Assembly (NCBI GenBank): GCA_951406725.2
Contig: OX597825.1
Location: 62,062,001-62,126,000, forward strand
DNA from: Octopus vulgaris
Lineage: Eukaryota
Length of the DNA: 64,000 bases
Direction of reading: 5' to 3'
The notes below the pieces were generated by a model. The model made no database searches. It had not been told where the DNA came from and saw only the letters and a program-made list of their open reading frames with translations. The position numbers were made by a program, and so were the translations under genes. Each line of letters opens with the position of its first letter. Within the stretch, counting starts at the first letter, position 1. This document shows, in pieces, positions 38,862 to 50,904 of this stretch.

Positions 38862-39928
38862 GCGTGTGTGTGTGTGTGTGTAAGCATCACTGTAAATTTA
38901 TCTGTGTGTCTGTGTTTGTATTTACATGTGTATGTGTCTATATGTGTGTTTGTGTGTTTATGAGTATTCATATGTGCCTTTATATTTCCATATATGTGTG
39001 TGGCTGTGTGTGTCTTTGTGTTTGATCTTAGACAACTTGACAACATGTGTTGGTTTGTTTACATCCTGTAACTAAGCAATTTGGCAGACGGAGACCAAAT
39101 GAATAAGTACCAGACTTCAAACAAACCAGAGTTCAACTAAATTCCTCAAGTCGATGCCCCAAAACATCTTCTGTTCAATGACTGAGACAGATAAAAAAAA
39201 TAATACAGTAAAGAATACACACACAACATGATCAAACAGTTAAGAAGTTTGCTTTGCCATCAGTAGGTTTCAGGTTCAATTCCATAGCTTGACATCTTGA
39301 GCAAGTTTTTTTTTACTATATATAGTCACGGGTAAAGCAAAGACTTGTGGGTGAAATTGGGTTTATGGAAGCGATATGAAACCTCTTGGATGTATTATGC
39401 TTGATTTTAAGATGCTTAAATTTGTCACATACTGTGTTACATTAAGTCTGCTGGTAGATCATATTAGGGTGCATGTATCTGTGGAATACACAAACACTTG
39501 CATTACAGTTTTAACAAGAGAAAACAGCATCGAACACACCTGTTGAGGAGGGCCAGAATTGATTTTTCTAAGTATGTGATATTCATCATCATCATCATTG
39601 TTGTTTAACATCAGCTCTTCATGCTGGCATAGATTGGATGCCAGAAGGCTGCACCAGGTTCCACAAAGATATAAGCAAAAGCTGAATGCTCATACGTTGT
39701 CTTTGATGGGAGATCAAAGGTGTCAGGTAATGCTGGGAGATCAAAAGTGTCAGGTAATGCTGAGTAAGTGCTATGGATAGACCATAGTTAAGCTCCAGGT
39801 TCGGTGATTATGCAAATAAGGAGTCCAACATAGGTCATATATCAGCATGTGTATATAGAAAAATATTTTTTCACAATGACATTAAAAAAACCAAGTCTGT
39901 GAAGATTTTAGAACATTTCAAATAGAAG

Positions 39929-39976
39929 GTCTTACAGCTGTTTCTGGGATATTTTTTATAACCCTTCATCAGAGAC
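39929..39976 (-). ncRNA. Minimal type I hammerhead motif
   Basis: GTCT-CTGATGA-A-GGGTTAT-aaaaa-ATATCCC-A-GAAA-CAGCTG-TA-AGAC. Confidence 0.78.
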
Positions 39977-40001
39977 TATTGCTTAACCATTTTCCTGCAC
40001 C

Positions 40002-40049
40002 GTCTCTGATGAAGGGATATAAGAAATATCTTGGAAACAGCTGTAAGAC
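40002..40049 (+). ncRNA. Minimal type I hammerhead motif
   Basis: GTCT-CTGATGA-A-GGGATAT-aagaa-ATATCTT-G-GAAA-CAGCTG-TA-AGAC; palindromic ACAGCTGT stem III. Confidence 0.78.
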
Positions 40050-40130
40050 CTTCTTTTTATAAATGTTCTAAAATCTTCACAGCCTTGATGTTTTATCTCA
40101 TTCTGAAAAAAGAATTTCTTTTATATATAA

Positions 40131-40168
<38 letters not shown>

Positions 40169-40579
40169 CGTTATACAAATACATCTGTTTGTTTTCTTCA
40201 CCACCTGTCTTCACCTTTTGTTTTTTTCATGAATTCTCCCAATATTTAAAAGAAAGGATAATGGAGATAAAGAAGTTAATAATTGTTTCTTATTATCAAA
40301 CTGGTCATCTCTGCTTCTTACATCCATTTCAATTAACACTCAATAATTTAATTACAAATTTGTACATTAAATTTACATTTATGTGACATAAGTATATATA
40401 GAAAATAAAGATGTACATTTGGATGTTATATGTGGACCCATCAATTCATTTCAGCAGACTATTGTTTTAAGGGAATTTCAGTCCCCCAAAATACTAGGTA
40501 TTGAACCAGTATTTCTTTGGATGCAAACATCCCTTCATGAAGTTAACATATCTTATAATTAAATTATCTATATATACTC

Positions 40580-40618
<39 letters not shown>

Positions 40619-40789
40619 TGTAAATATAATATGTGACAACAGTAATTTCCCTTTGTTTAACGGTAATTTTCATAGCATTTTTTCGATGGTCGGATAACTG
40701 AAGAGATAGTGGCATAGGTTTCCGCCCCGTCATCTGAAACGCAGAATTTTATCATGGCTACCGAAGAATTGTCACATATTATATTTACA
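40619..40789. mobile_element. Element with 21-bp terminal inverted repeats containing an HHR-like motif
   Basis: TGTAAATATAATATGTGACAA / TTGTCACATATTATATTTACA; internal GATAA-CTGAAGA-GAT...ATCT-GAAA-CGCAGAA-TT-TTATC at 40693-40753. Confidence 0.65.
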
Positions 40790-40963
40790 GATAAATTCCT
40801 CTATTTACATAATGTCAAGGTCTCTTTCATTCTTTTGTTGTCTTACCATTTCTATCAACATATATAAATCTTTAGTTAAATATATTCAATGAGAATATTA
40901 TATACTGAATTTATATTGAGTGCTCTATCGTATCAAAGTATTAATATATATATATAAGAAAAC

Positions 40964-40999
40964 TGTCTGACAAACGGGAACGTGAAACTCTGAGTAACA
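40964..40999 (+). ncRNA. Minimal hammerhead motif with G8A change
   Basis: TGT-CTGACAA-ACG-ggaa-CGT-GAAA-CTCTGAG-TA-ACA; all three stems pair and stem II has a GNRA loop. Confidence 0.6.
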
Positions 41000-41033
41000 T
41001 CTTTTGTTATAATTCTGCTGCTTTTAAATAAAG

Positions 41034-41066
<33 letters not shown>

Positions 41067-41133
41067 AAATAAGGAAAAAACAACAACTAGTTTTATATCT
41101 TTGAGCGAGAAATATGTAGTAATAGTAAGGAAC

Positions 41134-41266
41134 AGTAAAGTCTATGTGCCAACACAATGCAGTAGTCGTACATAGGACGATGTGGAAAAAATGTTCTCAT
41201 GGAGCTAAGAAGTAGTAACATCATCCTGTATAGGACTGCCACATTGTGTTGGCAAATAGACTTACT
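41134..41266. repeat. Foldback/MITE-like inverted repeat
   Basis: AAGTCTATGTGCCAACACAATG...AGGACGATGT / ACATCATCCT...CATTGTGTTGGCAAATAGACTT. Confidence 0.8.
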
Positions 41267-41799
41267 ATATATAAATATATATATCTTTTTCATTTATCGT
41301 TACCCTTTACTTGTTTTATTTATTGGACAGCGGCAATGATTGGTGGCACTTTCAAGAGTTTTGTCTAAGCCCTAGTTCAGTAATACGTCGCCATATCACA
41401 GTTCACCTATCACAGTCCACCTATTGCTTACATCAATTCTTCTGTGGTGTTGTTTTGCATTTATAATAAAATAGATATATATATACAAATTATAAAAATG
41501 ATAAATGGCGGTGCCCCAGCATGGCCACAGCTCATAAGCTGAAACTGGAAAAATCAAAATCAAAATCAAATCAAATCAACTATACAGTACAGTACTGTTT
41601 TTTTCTACTTCACGGATTTTCACCTATCGCAGGGGAGCGGAGTTGGAATGTAATACCTGCGAAAGTTGAGGTATTACTGTACTTTTCCTAGTACTTATTT
41701 GTCTTAAGGCCTGCTACTTTTGCATCAGTCTCTTTTGCTGCAGTGCTAAATTACAGGAACACAAACAAACCAACACCAGCTGTCAAGCATTAGAAACAA

Positions 41800-42345
41800 T
41801 AAGCATAAATACACATGCACATAGACATACATACACATACAGACAAAAGCAGATACACACATACATATGTACATGCATACATACAGACATACCTACCTAC
41901 CTATATACATACATATATGCATACATACAGATATATCTATCTTCATACATACATGCATGCATACATACATATATACATACGTAGATAGATACATATATGC
42001 ATACATACAAATAAACCTACATACATGCATGCAAGCATACATACATATATACACATAGATACATATATACATGCATACATGCATACATACATTTATACAT
42101 ACATGCATACATACATGAATACATACATACATGCATACATATACACATGCATACATACATATATACATGCATGCATACATACATGCATACATATATACAT
42201 TCATGCATACATACATACACACATATATGCATACATATGCATATTTATGTACGTATATGCATACATGCATCCATCCATCCACACATCCATGCATACGTAC
42301 ATACATGAACATGCATACATATATAAATACATACATGTGCACATA
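41800..42345. repeat. Degenerate (CATA)n microsatellite
   Basis: Direct reading; source of the 315-aa MYVC ORF. Confidence 0.95.
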
Positions 42346-42563
42346 CTGTCTTTTACTGTTTTTACTTGTTTCAGTCATTTGACTGTGGCCATGCTGGAGC
42401 ACCGCCTTTAGACGAGCAAATTGACCCCAGGACTTATACTTTGTAAGCCTAGTACTTATTCTATTGGTCTCTTTTGCCGAACCACTAAGACATGGGCACG
42501 TAAACACACCAGCATTGGTTGTCAAGAGATGTTGGGGGGACAAACACAGACACACAAACATAT

Positions 42564-42596
<33 letters not shown>

Positions 42597-43421
42597 CACA
42601 CACATATATATGACGGGCTTCTTTCAGTTTCCGTCTACCAAATCCACTCACAAGGCTTTGGTCGGCTCGAGACAATAGTAGAAGACACTTGCCCAAGGTG
42701 CCACACAGTGAGACTGAACCAAGAACCATGTGGTTTGTAAGCAAGCTACTTACCACACAGCTACTCCTACACCTATACATACATATATGCATACATACAT
42801 ACATACATACATACATACATACATACATACACAGGCACAATATATATATATATACACATAGGTATATATATCTGCTCGCAGTCTAGCTTTCTATTCATTT
42901 ATTCATTCATGACTTCTTTTTTCCTGGAATTTGGAAATACAGTAATATATTTGATGCAGAATAACTTCAGAAATATAGTCAAGCACTTGTTGAAAGAATT
43001 AATTAAGAGTTGATAAAATTACATTGTATTTTGTATTTTGTGGCAAAGAAAAAAGCAAAAGAAAACAAGATTAATGAAAACCATTTGGGTATTAAAAGAT
43101 AAATAAATTGATTTGTACCAGCTTGTCTGGAAAAATAGCAAAAAAACTTTACTACTTCACTAGACACATCTAGTTTTTGAAAAATATCTTTGAATTTTAT
43201 GTAAAACATATCCATATATTTTTCTTTTAATTTACTTTTTTTTAATTTTTTTTATTATTTTTTTTTTAAACCAGAGTTAACACAAAAGCTACTTTACATA
43301 GCATAACATAGATGAATTAATTTCTGAGCATAAAAAAGAAAAAAATTTTAATAATAAAGAAATAAATAAACTAAAAAGATATTAAAGCTAAATCTGCTTT
43401 AAAGTTCTGATTTAAAAATAT

Positions 43422-43541
43422 CGTTATCATCGTCGTCGTCGTCATCATCATCGTCATTATTGTTGTTGTTGTTATTGTTATTATTAGGTGTTGCTATTAG
43501 TGATATTATTATTACTGCTATTATTGTTATTATTATTATTA

Positions 43542-43579
<38 letters not shown>

Positions 43580-43654
43580 ATTAGTAGTAGTAGCAGCAGC
43601 AGTGGTGGTGGTAGCGGCAGTGGTGGTGGTGGTGGTGGCGGCAATGATGTTATC

Positions 43655-43687
<33 letters not shown>

Positions 43688-43755
43688 GGTATCAGTAGTA
43701 GTAGTAGTTGTAGTAGTAGTAGTAGTAGTAGTAGTAAAAGTAGTAGTAGTAGTAT
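43422..43755. repeat. Compound trinucleotide microsatellite (TCG/TTA/GTA/GGT)
   Basis: Direct reading. Confidence 0.95.
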
Positions 43756-44194
43756 GCCAAAATATGTATTATTGTGTGCCAGGGTGGTGATGTAAAAACA
43801 TGGCTTTTTAACAGACAATGCAAATTGAAAGAAATATATTAAAATAAAGTAAACAACTTTGCATTTTTCGAAAATTTCCAGGTGAATACAATGAACAAGA
43901 AAAACTTGATTGTTTGTAATTTGTTAGATTTTAATTAATGTTCGGTTGCATTTATTTAATATATTTGATAACATAGTTTCGAACAGACACGGTAGACAGT
44001 CAGACAGACAAACAGACAGACATATTGTAGTTGTTCATCACAATACTTCCAATAATCTATAAGTGATAAGCTGAACTGAATGCAGCTTAGTTTGTCATTA
44101 ACCTCCTTTTAAATATATTGTTCATGTATTTGCAATTATAGCCCCCCATAGATATTTACTCATATTTGCAAGTATAACCCTCCATAGATATATA

Positions 44195-45096
44195 TTGGCT
44201 CATCCCATAAATAATGCGGTTTTTCTATACTTCTTTTATTTTTTCGAAATTAAGATAAATAAATTTCTTTTTTAATCTAAAATATACTCTCCTTCATTTT
44301 CTACAATGCCCTTCTGGTAGACTTGCAAGACCCCTCTTCCAAAATTCATTTGTCTGTGATGAAAAATACTCATCCAGTTCTGTTCTGACCATATCTACAG
44401 AATTCATAGTTCTTTGCTATCCAAATGATTTTGAAGACTGGGGAATAAATAATAATCAGATGGGGCAATGTACAGTGAATATGATGGGTAAGACATCGCT
44501 TCCTATTCTAACTGCTCCAGCCTTTTGAATGTCATTCTCATTTTATGTGGCCAAGCATTATCCTGATGGAAGAACACTTTTCATTTTGAAACCAAAGATG
44601 GTTGTTTTTTCTTCTGGCACTGGTGTCAATCAATGGTTGAATGACCAAATTCAAGCATCTCTGCTAGATACTCAACAGTTAGAATGGGATTTTGTTCCAC
44701 CAAGGTTTGCAGAAGGTCCTCGTCAAGCTCTACAGATCTTCCAGGATGAGGCTCATCTTCTAGGCTGTAGTTTCCAGCTCAGAATTTCTGGAACCACCAT
44801 TGACACTGGCTTACGATTACTGTCCAATCTCCATATACTGCATTAATATTCCTTGCACTTTCTGTTGCATTGTTGCAAAATATGCCAAATATGCTTCTTT
44901 GTCACTTCCATTATAACTTTGAAGCAATAACTGTTAATATCGTACTGCACTCTTCAAAACTTGCACTAAGAATAAGGAAAAGGGTAAAATTACTAACTAC
45001 ATTTATAGCAAGTTGATGCAGGTAGTTTATCCATTTCCTCTCCAACTTTTAGTCCATGCAACTGAAAAAAACTGCATTATTTATGGGATGACCCAA
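44195..45096 (-). mobile_element. Internally deleted mariner element with both TIRs
   Basis: TA|TTGGCTCATCCCATAAATAATGCGG ... CTGCATTATTTATGGGATGACCCAA|TA; MEVTKKHIWHIL..NATESARNINAVYGD..WFQKF..YSLEDEPHPGR and QDNAWPH..YSLYIAPSDYYLF. Confidence 0.93.
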
Positions 45097-45973
45097 TATT
45101 TGTACATTTGCAAGCATATCAATCCATAGATATTCATTTCTATATTTGCAAGGTGGTGAGCTGGCAGAAACGTTAGTGTGCCGGGCAAAATGCTTAGCAG
45201 TATTTCGTCTGCCGTTATGTTCTGAGTTCAAATTCCACCGACTTTGCCTTTCATTCTTTTGGGGTCGATAAATAAAAGTACCAGTTACGCACTGGGGTCG
45301 ATGTAATCGACTTATTCCCTTTGTCTGTCTTTGTTTGTTCTCTCTATGTTTAACCCCCTGTGAGCAATAAAGAAATATATATTTGCAAGCGTTTTCATTC
45401 AAAGATATATATTTGTGTATTCACAAATATATCCAACCATAGCTATATCTGTGTATTTGCAAGTATATCCATCCATAGATATGCAGTCATATATTTGCAA
45501 GTATATGCATCCATAGCTATATATCCATGTTACAGTTCTCTAAAGTTTGTCACAGCAAGAATCTCTCTACAATGTATTTAGATAATTATAAGGTCAATAA
45601 ATGAATGAAGTGAGTGTAGGCGTAAATCTATATTTAAGAGGTGAACTTCGCAACCATGGACTTTGTGATCAAATCGCACAACATGACATCTTGGGCAATC
45701 ATCTTTACTAAAGCTTTAGGTTGGCCAATGTTTTGTGAATTAAAATTAAAATTCTGCATGCATGTACAAGTGTGTGTGTGTGTGTGTGTTGTGTGTGAGT
45801 GTGTGTGTGTGTGTTTGAGTGTGTGTGTGTGTGAGTGTGTGTGTGAGTGTGTGAGTGTGTGAGTGTGTGTTTGTGTGTGTGTGTACAGTGAAGTGCATTA
45901 ATTCCACAAGCAGGCTGTTCTGCTGATCAAATCAGCTGGAAAACTCATTGTCTTAACTGACAGAAGGTCAGTT

Positions 45974-46062
<89 letters not shown>

Positions 46063-46071
46063 CTATGAAGC

Positions 46072-46925
46072 AACTGTCTTTGAAGACTCATATAGTCATT
46101 GAACACTCAAAATGGGGGGGTAGATAGACAGCCGACAAATGATGAAGGGTCGTTCTCTGTGTTTACTTGTCCTGTTTTGCATTTTTCTCCTGTTGTTTAC
46201 ATATTTAACTTGTTTCATATCATATTTCATGTTGTTTACACAGTTGGTGACGTCCTGTACCCATATATACACATATAAATTATTATTTAATTGAACGCCA
46301 TGCATCCATTTCCAAGTAAGTTTATCTTAACCTTTTCTATGCAATTCTACTCTTTACTGTTTTCTTCCTCCATCCTTCTCTAATTCCCTTTTTCTTTCCC
46401 TACACCATTTTCCATCTGTCTCTCTCTCTCCTCCTTCTCTTTCTCTTTTTCTCTCTCTCGTTACTCACATGTGACCATCGTCCATCTTTCTTTTTCTCAC
46501 ATGACCATCTTTCTTTTCCTGCATGGACGTTCAAAGAACTTAACGTTTTCTTTCTCTTTTCTATCTTTTCTCTTTTCAAAGAAAATATTTCTCCCAGCAT
46601 TCACCATTTCCCTCTTGTTCTGGTCTAAGACCTTCTATGTTTGTTTTCATTTGGCTTCCTCGTATGTCTCCACTATCCTGTTTTTGTTCCCAACTTTGAC
46701 CCTTCATAAATCCTAAATTTTAGTTTGGAACTTATGGGAATAACTGTCTTTGAAGACTCATATTGTCATTAAATGCTCAAAATGAGGAGTAGATAGACAG
46801 CGAAAAACTGATGAAGGGTCGTTTTCTATGTTTACTTGTCCTGTTCTCCATTTTTTCTTCGCATTGTTTGTGTATTTAACTCGTTTGTTTCGTATTTCAT
46901 GTTATTTACAGTTGGTGACGTCCTG
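46072..46925 (+). mobile_element. PLE-like tandem structure: two direct repeats of about 185 bp around a pyrimidine-rich core
   Basis: 46072-46257 and 46742-46925 are homologous; each begins CTGTCT-TTGAAGA...CTCAAAATG...AGACAG (decayed HHR-like). Confidence 0.55.
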
Positions 46926-48045
46926 AGAGAGAGAGATAGCAAGAGAGAGAGAGAGATGTAAATGTATGTTTGTGTATTTCTATATATGCATATGTATACA
47001 GTTTTTCTGTTACTATTAATTAATTGATGTTCACCAAAGAGACTCAAAGGACCAGAGTCTTGTGCACTGCCATATGAAAATGTACTTATACGTATACCTA
47101 TGGTCGATTTTCCCTGGAAGTTGCTAAGTTGACATGTGTGTTATATGTGTTTGTGTGTGCATGCATGTGTGTGTTAGTGTATGCATGCAAGCTCATGTGT
47201 ACATACAAATCTGTGTGACTGTTTATATTTCACTTATATTTCACTCATTACTACTTGAGGGAATCATTCATTACATTTGTTCTAACATTGCAACACGTTG
47301 CTATGCAATTTTGGAAAACTTGTGAAATAAAGAAAACCCCCATCTTGAAAATGTGGTAATATTTGCTGACAGTAAAGTATCTCTCCAAATTCATACACTC
47401 TGGTAGGGACACTAAACATTAACTGACATATATATGTGTGTGATATACAAAGAAGGAAACAGGAGACTAGAATTACTTCATATGGATGGCATAATGACAG
47501 TGCAAATGTTTGGTGAAGCATGAGTATTAAATATGTACATATATGATGATAACTGTTACCTGGGAAATATTTCTTATTACATGATAGCAAACGGATAATG
47601 AAATTTATAAATTATCTTTAACACTTTAGCATTCAAAGTATTCTGTCAAATGTAATGCTTATTTATTCAAATTGTTTTGAATTAATCATGCAGTAATTCA
47701 TAGCTTTGCGATTTAGATGATGGGATTGCTTAGAGATGTTGGATTTGACCAGCCTGAGCATAAAAGTTTTGTATAGAAGTGCAGGCATAGCTAGCTGTGT
47801 TGGTAAGAAGCTTGCTTCCCAACCACATGGTTTCGGATTCAGTCCCACTGTGATGAACCTTGGGCAAATGTCTTCTACTAAAGCCCCAGACCAACCAAAG
47901 CTTTGTGAGTGGATTTGGTAGACGGAAACTGAAAGAAGCCTGTCATATATATATATAGTAAGAATTTACAAAAAAACGAAAGACAAAGACAAGTGTGTAA
48001 ACAACAAACAGATGTATTAGTTTAATGCTTGGGAAGTGAGAATGT

Positions 48046-48081
48046 CTTTTACATTTTGAGCCTATGCTCTTCAGCAGAAAG
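48046..48081 (-). ncRNA. Decayed minimal hammerhead motif (same family as 59241-59276)
   Basis: CTTT-CTGCTGA-A-GAGC-atag-GCTC-AAAA-TG-TA-AAAG. Confidence 0.45.
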
Positions 48082-48091
48082 GAACACAGAA

Positions 48092-48515
48092 ATATATATA
48101 AATCACAGTATGTGTGTGTAAAATGAGTGGCGCATACATTTCCACAGTTGTTAACTGATTTTCAACAAACTTTACACACATTACTTATGTCCCACAGATG
48201 GTCATGCTCTATAACATTTTACCCAGAGCTCCTGCATAAATGGACATAGTTTTTTTTTGTGTGTAGGGTCTTCCATACATTTCATAAAAGGGAAAGGAAT
48301 TTTGTCTATTTATTTATTTTGACTGCCTATCTGCAACGGTAACACAACACGTATTATGTTTCTGGTAATTTTCTTTCCTGTAAATAAATGTTTATGTTAA
48401 TTTAAAAGATTAATCCAAAGAAATCTTATTTAGCTGTTATTTTTAGCACAACACGTAGGTGAACGTAAAGAATATGCACACCTGGTGATTAGGTTAGGGT
48501 TAGGGTTAGGGTTAT

Positions 48516-48547
<32 letters not shown>

Positions 48548-49019
48548 ATTAAGGTTAGGGTTAGACCGAAAACGGATATTCTTTACCTCCGCCCATCATA
48601 TGTTATGTCTCCAGTAATTTTCTTTCATGTAAATAAATGTTTATTAAAAAATTTGCCAGCAAAGTCTTATAAAATGGCAATGTTCCAAAAGATGTACATG
48701 CTGATATGTTATACATGAAAATAAGAGTGAAAAAAATATGCTTAAAAAACAACTATATTTTGTAGTTGTTATCCATGATCTACACCCCAAACACTTCAGT
48801 AGCTCCCCTTTGCCTCACTTGCAAGCTTACATGTTCTATGATCATTTAAGTGTAACGACCTCCACAAAAACCAGCCCTCAATTTGATTTTCCATTCCTAG
48901 GTTAATTGTAAACATAGATTGGTGTGCTACACATAAACCTTCTCAGTAGTTCAATTATTTGGTGAAAAAAATACCACCAAAGCAACTTTAACCATCCAAA
49001 GGAAGGGTGTGTTTGCTAG
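48092..49019 (+). mobile_element. Possible non-autonomous Helitron with internal insertion
   Basis: Starts ATATATATAAAT + (GT)n and ends GGGTGTGTTTGCTAG followed by T; 5'-TC not visible. Confidence 0.4.
48489..48564 (+). repeat. Interstitial telomere-like (TTAGGG)n tract
   Basis: About 12 perfect or variant TTAGGG units. Confidence 0.92.
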
Positions 49020-49678
49020 TGTATATATAAATATAGGGTAAAAAAATCATTAAATAAATAATTTATACCAGTTGTTTGCGTGGGTATAGAGTTAACTGAG
49101 ATTTTTATTCATTCGAGTATCCTGCTTGCTTACAAGCAACATGCAATAAGTAAGAATGTTTTTTCATGGTTTGGATTTTGACTGCCCTCTCTAGCATGGT
49201 GGTCGCCTCTCTGCGTATAAATTCTTATACAGTATTAAATACACCGTACCCCTTTCACTTTTTTCTTTATATGTATAGGTGCAGGAGTGGCTGTGTAGTA
49301 AGTAGCTTGCTTACCAACGACATGGTCTCAGGTTCAGTCCCACTGCATGGCACCTTGGGCAAGTGTCTTCTACTATAGTCTCTGGCCAACCAAAGCCTTA
49401 TGAGTGGATTTGGTAGATGGAAAATGAAAGAAGCCCATCGTATATGTATATATATATATATCTGTATGTGTGTGTGTCTGTTTGTCTCCCCAGCATCACT
49501 TGACAGTTGATGCTGGTATTTTCATGTCACTGTAACTTAGTGGTTCGGCAAAAGAGACCAACGGAATAAGTACTAGGCTTACAAAGAACAAACTCTGGGG
49601 TCGATTTGCTCAACTATAAAGGCAGTGCTCCAGCATGGCCACAGTCAAATGACTAAAACAAGTAAAAGAGTAATAGAG

Positions 49679-49744
<66 letters not shown>

Positions 49745-50139
49745 CATGTCAATATTTGTCCCTCCCACCATCCCTTGATAACTGATGTTGGTGTGTGTAT
49801 GTCCCATTAACTTAGCAGTTTGGCAAAAGAGACCAAAAGAACAAGTACTAAGCTTACAAAAAATAAATCCTGGGGTCCATTTCTTCAACTAAAACCCTTT
49901 GAGGTAATGCTCCAGCATGGCTGAAGTCAAATGACAAACAAATAAAAGAATAAAAGAAGCAGAATATTTTGGCCAAAGAAGTTAATTCTTGAACTGTTGT
50001 TGCTTTGCAATTTTAGTAATTGCTTTTATTCCTTCTTTCTTACATGTTTCAGTCATTGGACAGCAATTATGGTGGAACCCTGCCATGGCAGGTTTGGTTG
50101 ATCATATCAATCTCAGTACTAATTATATTCATCTCTATG

Positions 50140-50904
50140 AGGAGAACCACTAAGCCAGAGGATGAGGGAACCTGTGGAAGAGGTAGACCCAAGAAGACCT
50201 GGGATGAGGTGGTGAAGTATGACCCTCAAACATTGGGCCTCACCGAGGCAATGACTCGTGACTGGGACCTTTGGAAATATGCTGTGCTTGAAAAGACTCA
50301 GCAAGCGCAAGTGAGACCATAATCTTGTGGCCTATGCCAGGGGTGTAACCAGTCCACTTATTCATACCTTTCCTTCATTGGACACTAAACTCTGCTTGTG
50401 AAGACCTGTTGAGGCAAGTGAAATCGAAATCAAATTTGATGACTGGCATCTGTGCTTGTGCAGTGCTAAGAGTACAATATGAGCGAGATCATTGCCAGAC
50501 AACAAGCAGGCCTCTGTGCCGAAGGCATGTAAAAAACACCATTCGAGCGTGATCGTTACCTGCGTCACCTTACTGGTACTTGTGCTGGTGGCACATGAAA
50601 AAACATTCGAGCAAGGTCGTTGCCAGTGCCACTGGACTGGCTCCTGTGCAGGTGGCACATAAAATGCACCAGTTGAGCGTGGCTGTTGCCAGTACTGCCT
50701 GACTGGCCCTCATGCCGGTGGCATGTAAAAGCACCCAGTACACTCTCAGAGTGGTTGGCGTCAGGAAGGGCATCCAGCTGTAGAAACTCTACCAGATCAG
50801 TTTGGAGTCTGGTGCAGCCATCTGGTTCGCCAGACTTCAGTCAAATCCTCCAACCCATGCTAGCATGGAAAGCGGACGTTAAACAATGATGATGATGATG
50901 ATGA
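50140..50904 (+). mobile_element. RTE-clade LINE 3' end with full 3' UTR
   Basis: EGTCGRGRPKKTWDEVVKYD..LGLTEAMTRDWDLWK is the RTE C-terminal motif; repeated GGTGGCAC.TAAAA units in the UTR; (GAT)n tail. Confidence 0.9.

Larger units (their letters stand above)
39856..40124. mobile_element. Foldback element made of two divergent hammerhead-containing arms
   Basis: Inverted arms of about 120 bp with a 25-bp spacer, flanked by TA-rich sequence. Confidence 0.9.

Noticed and set aside
41893-42840. 315-aa ORF
   Set aside because: Translation of (CATA)n plus a SINE B
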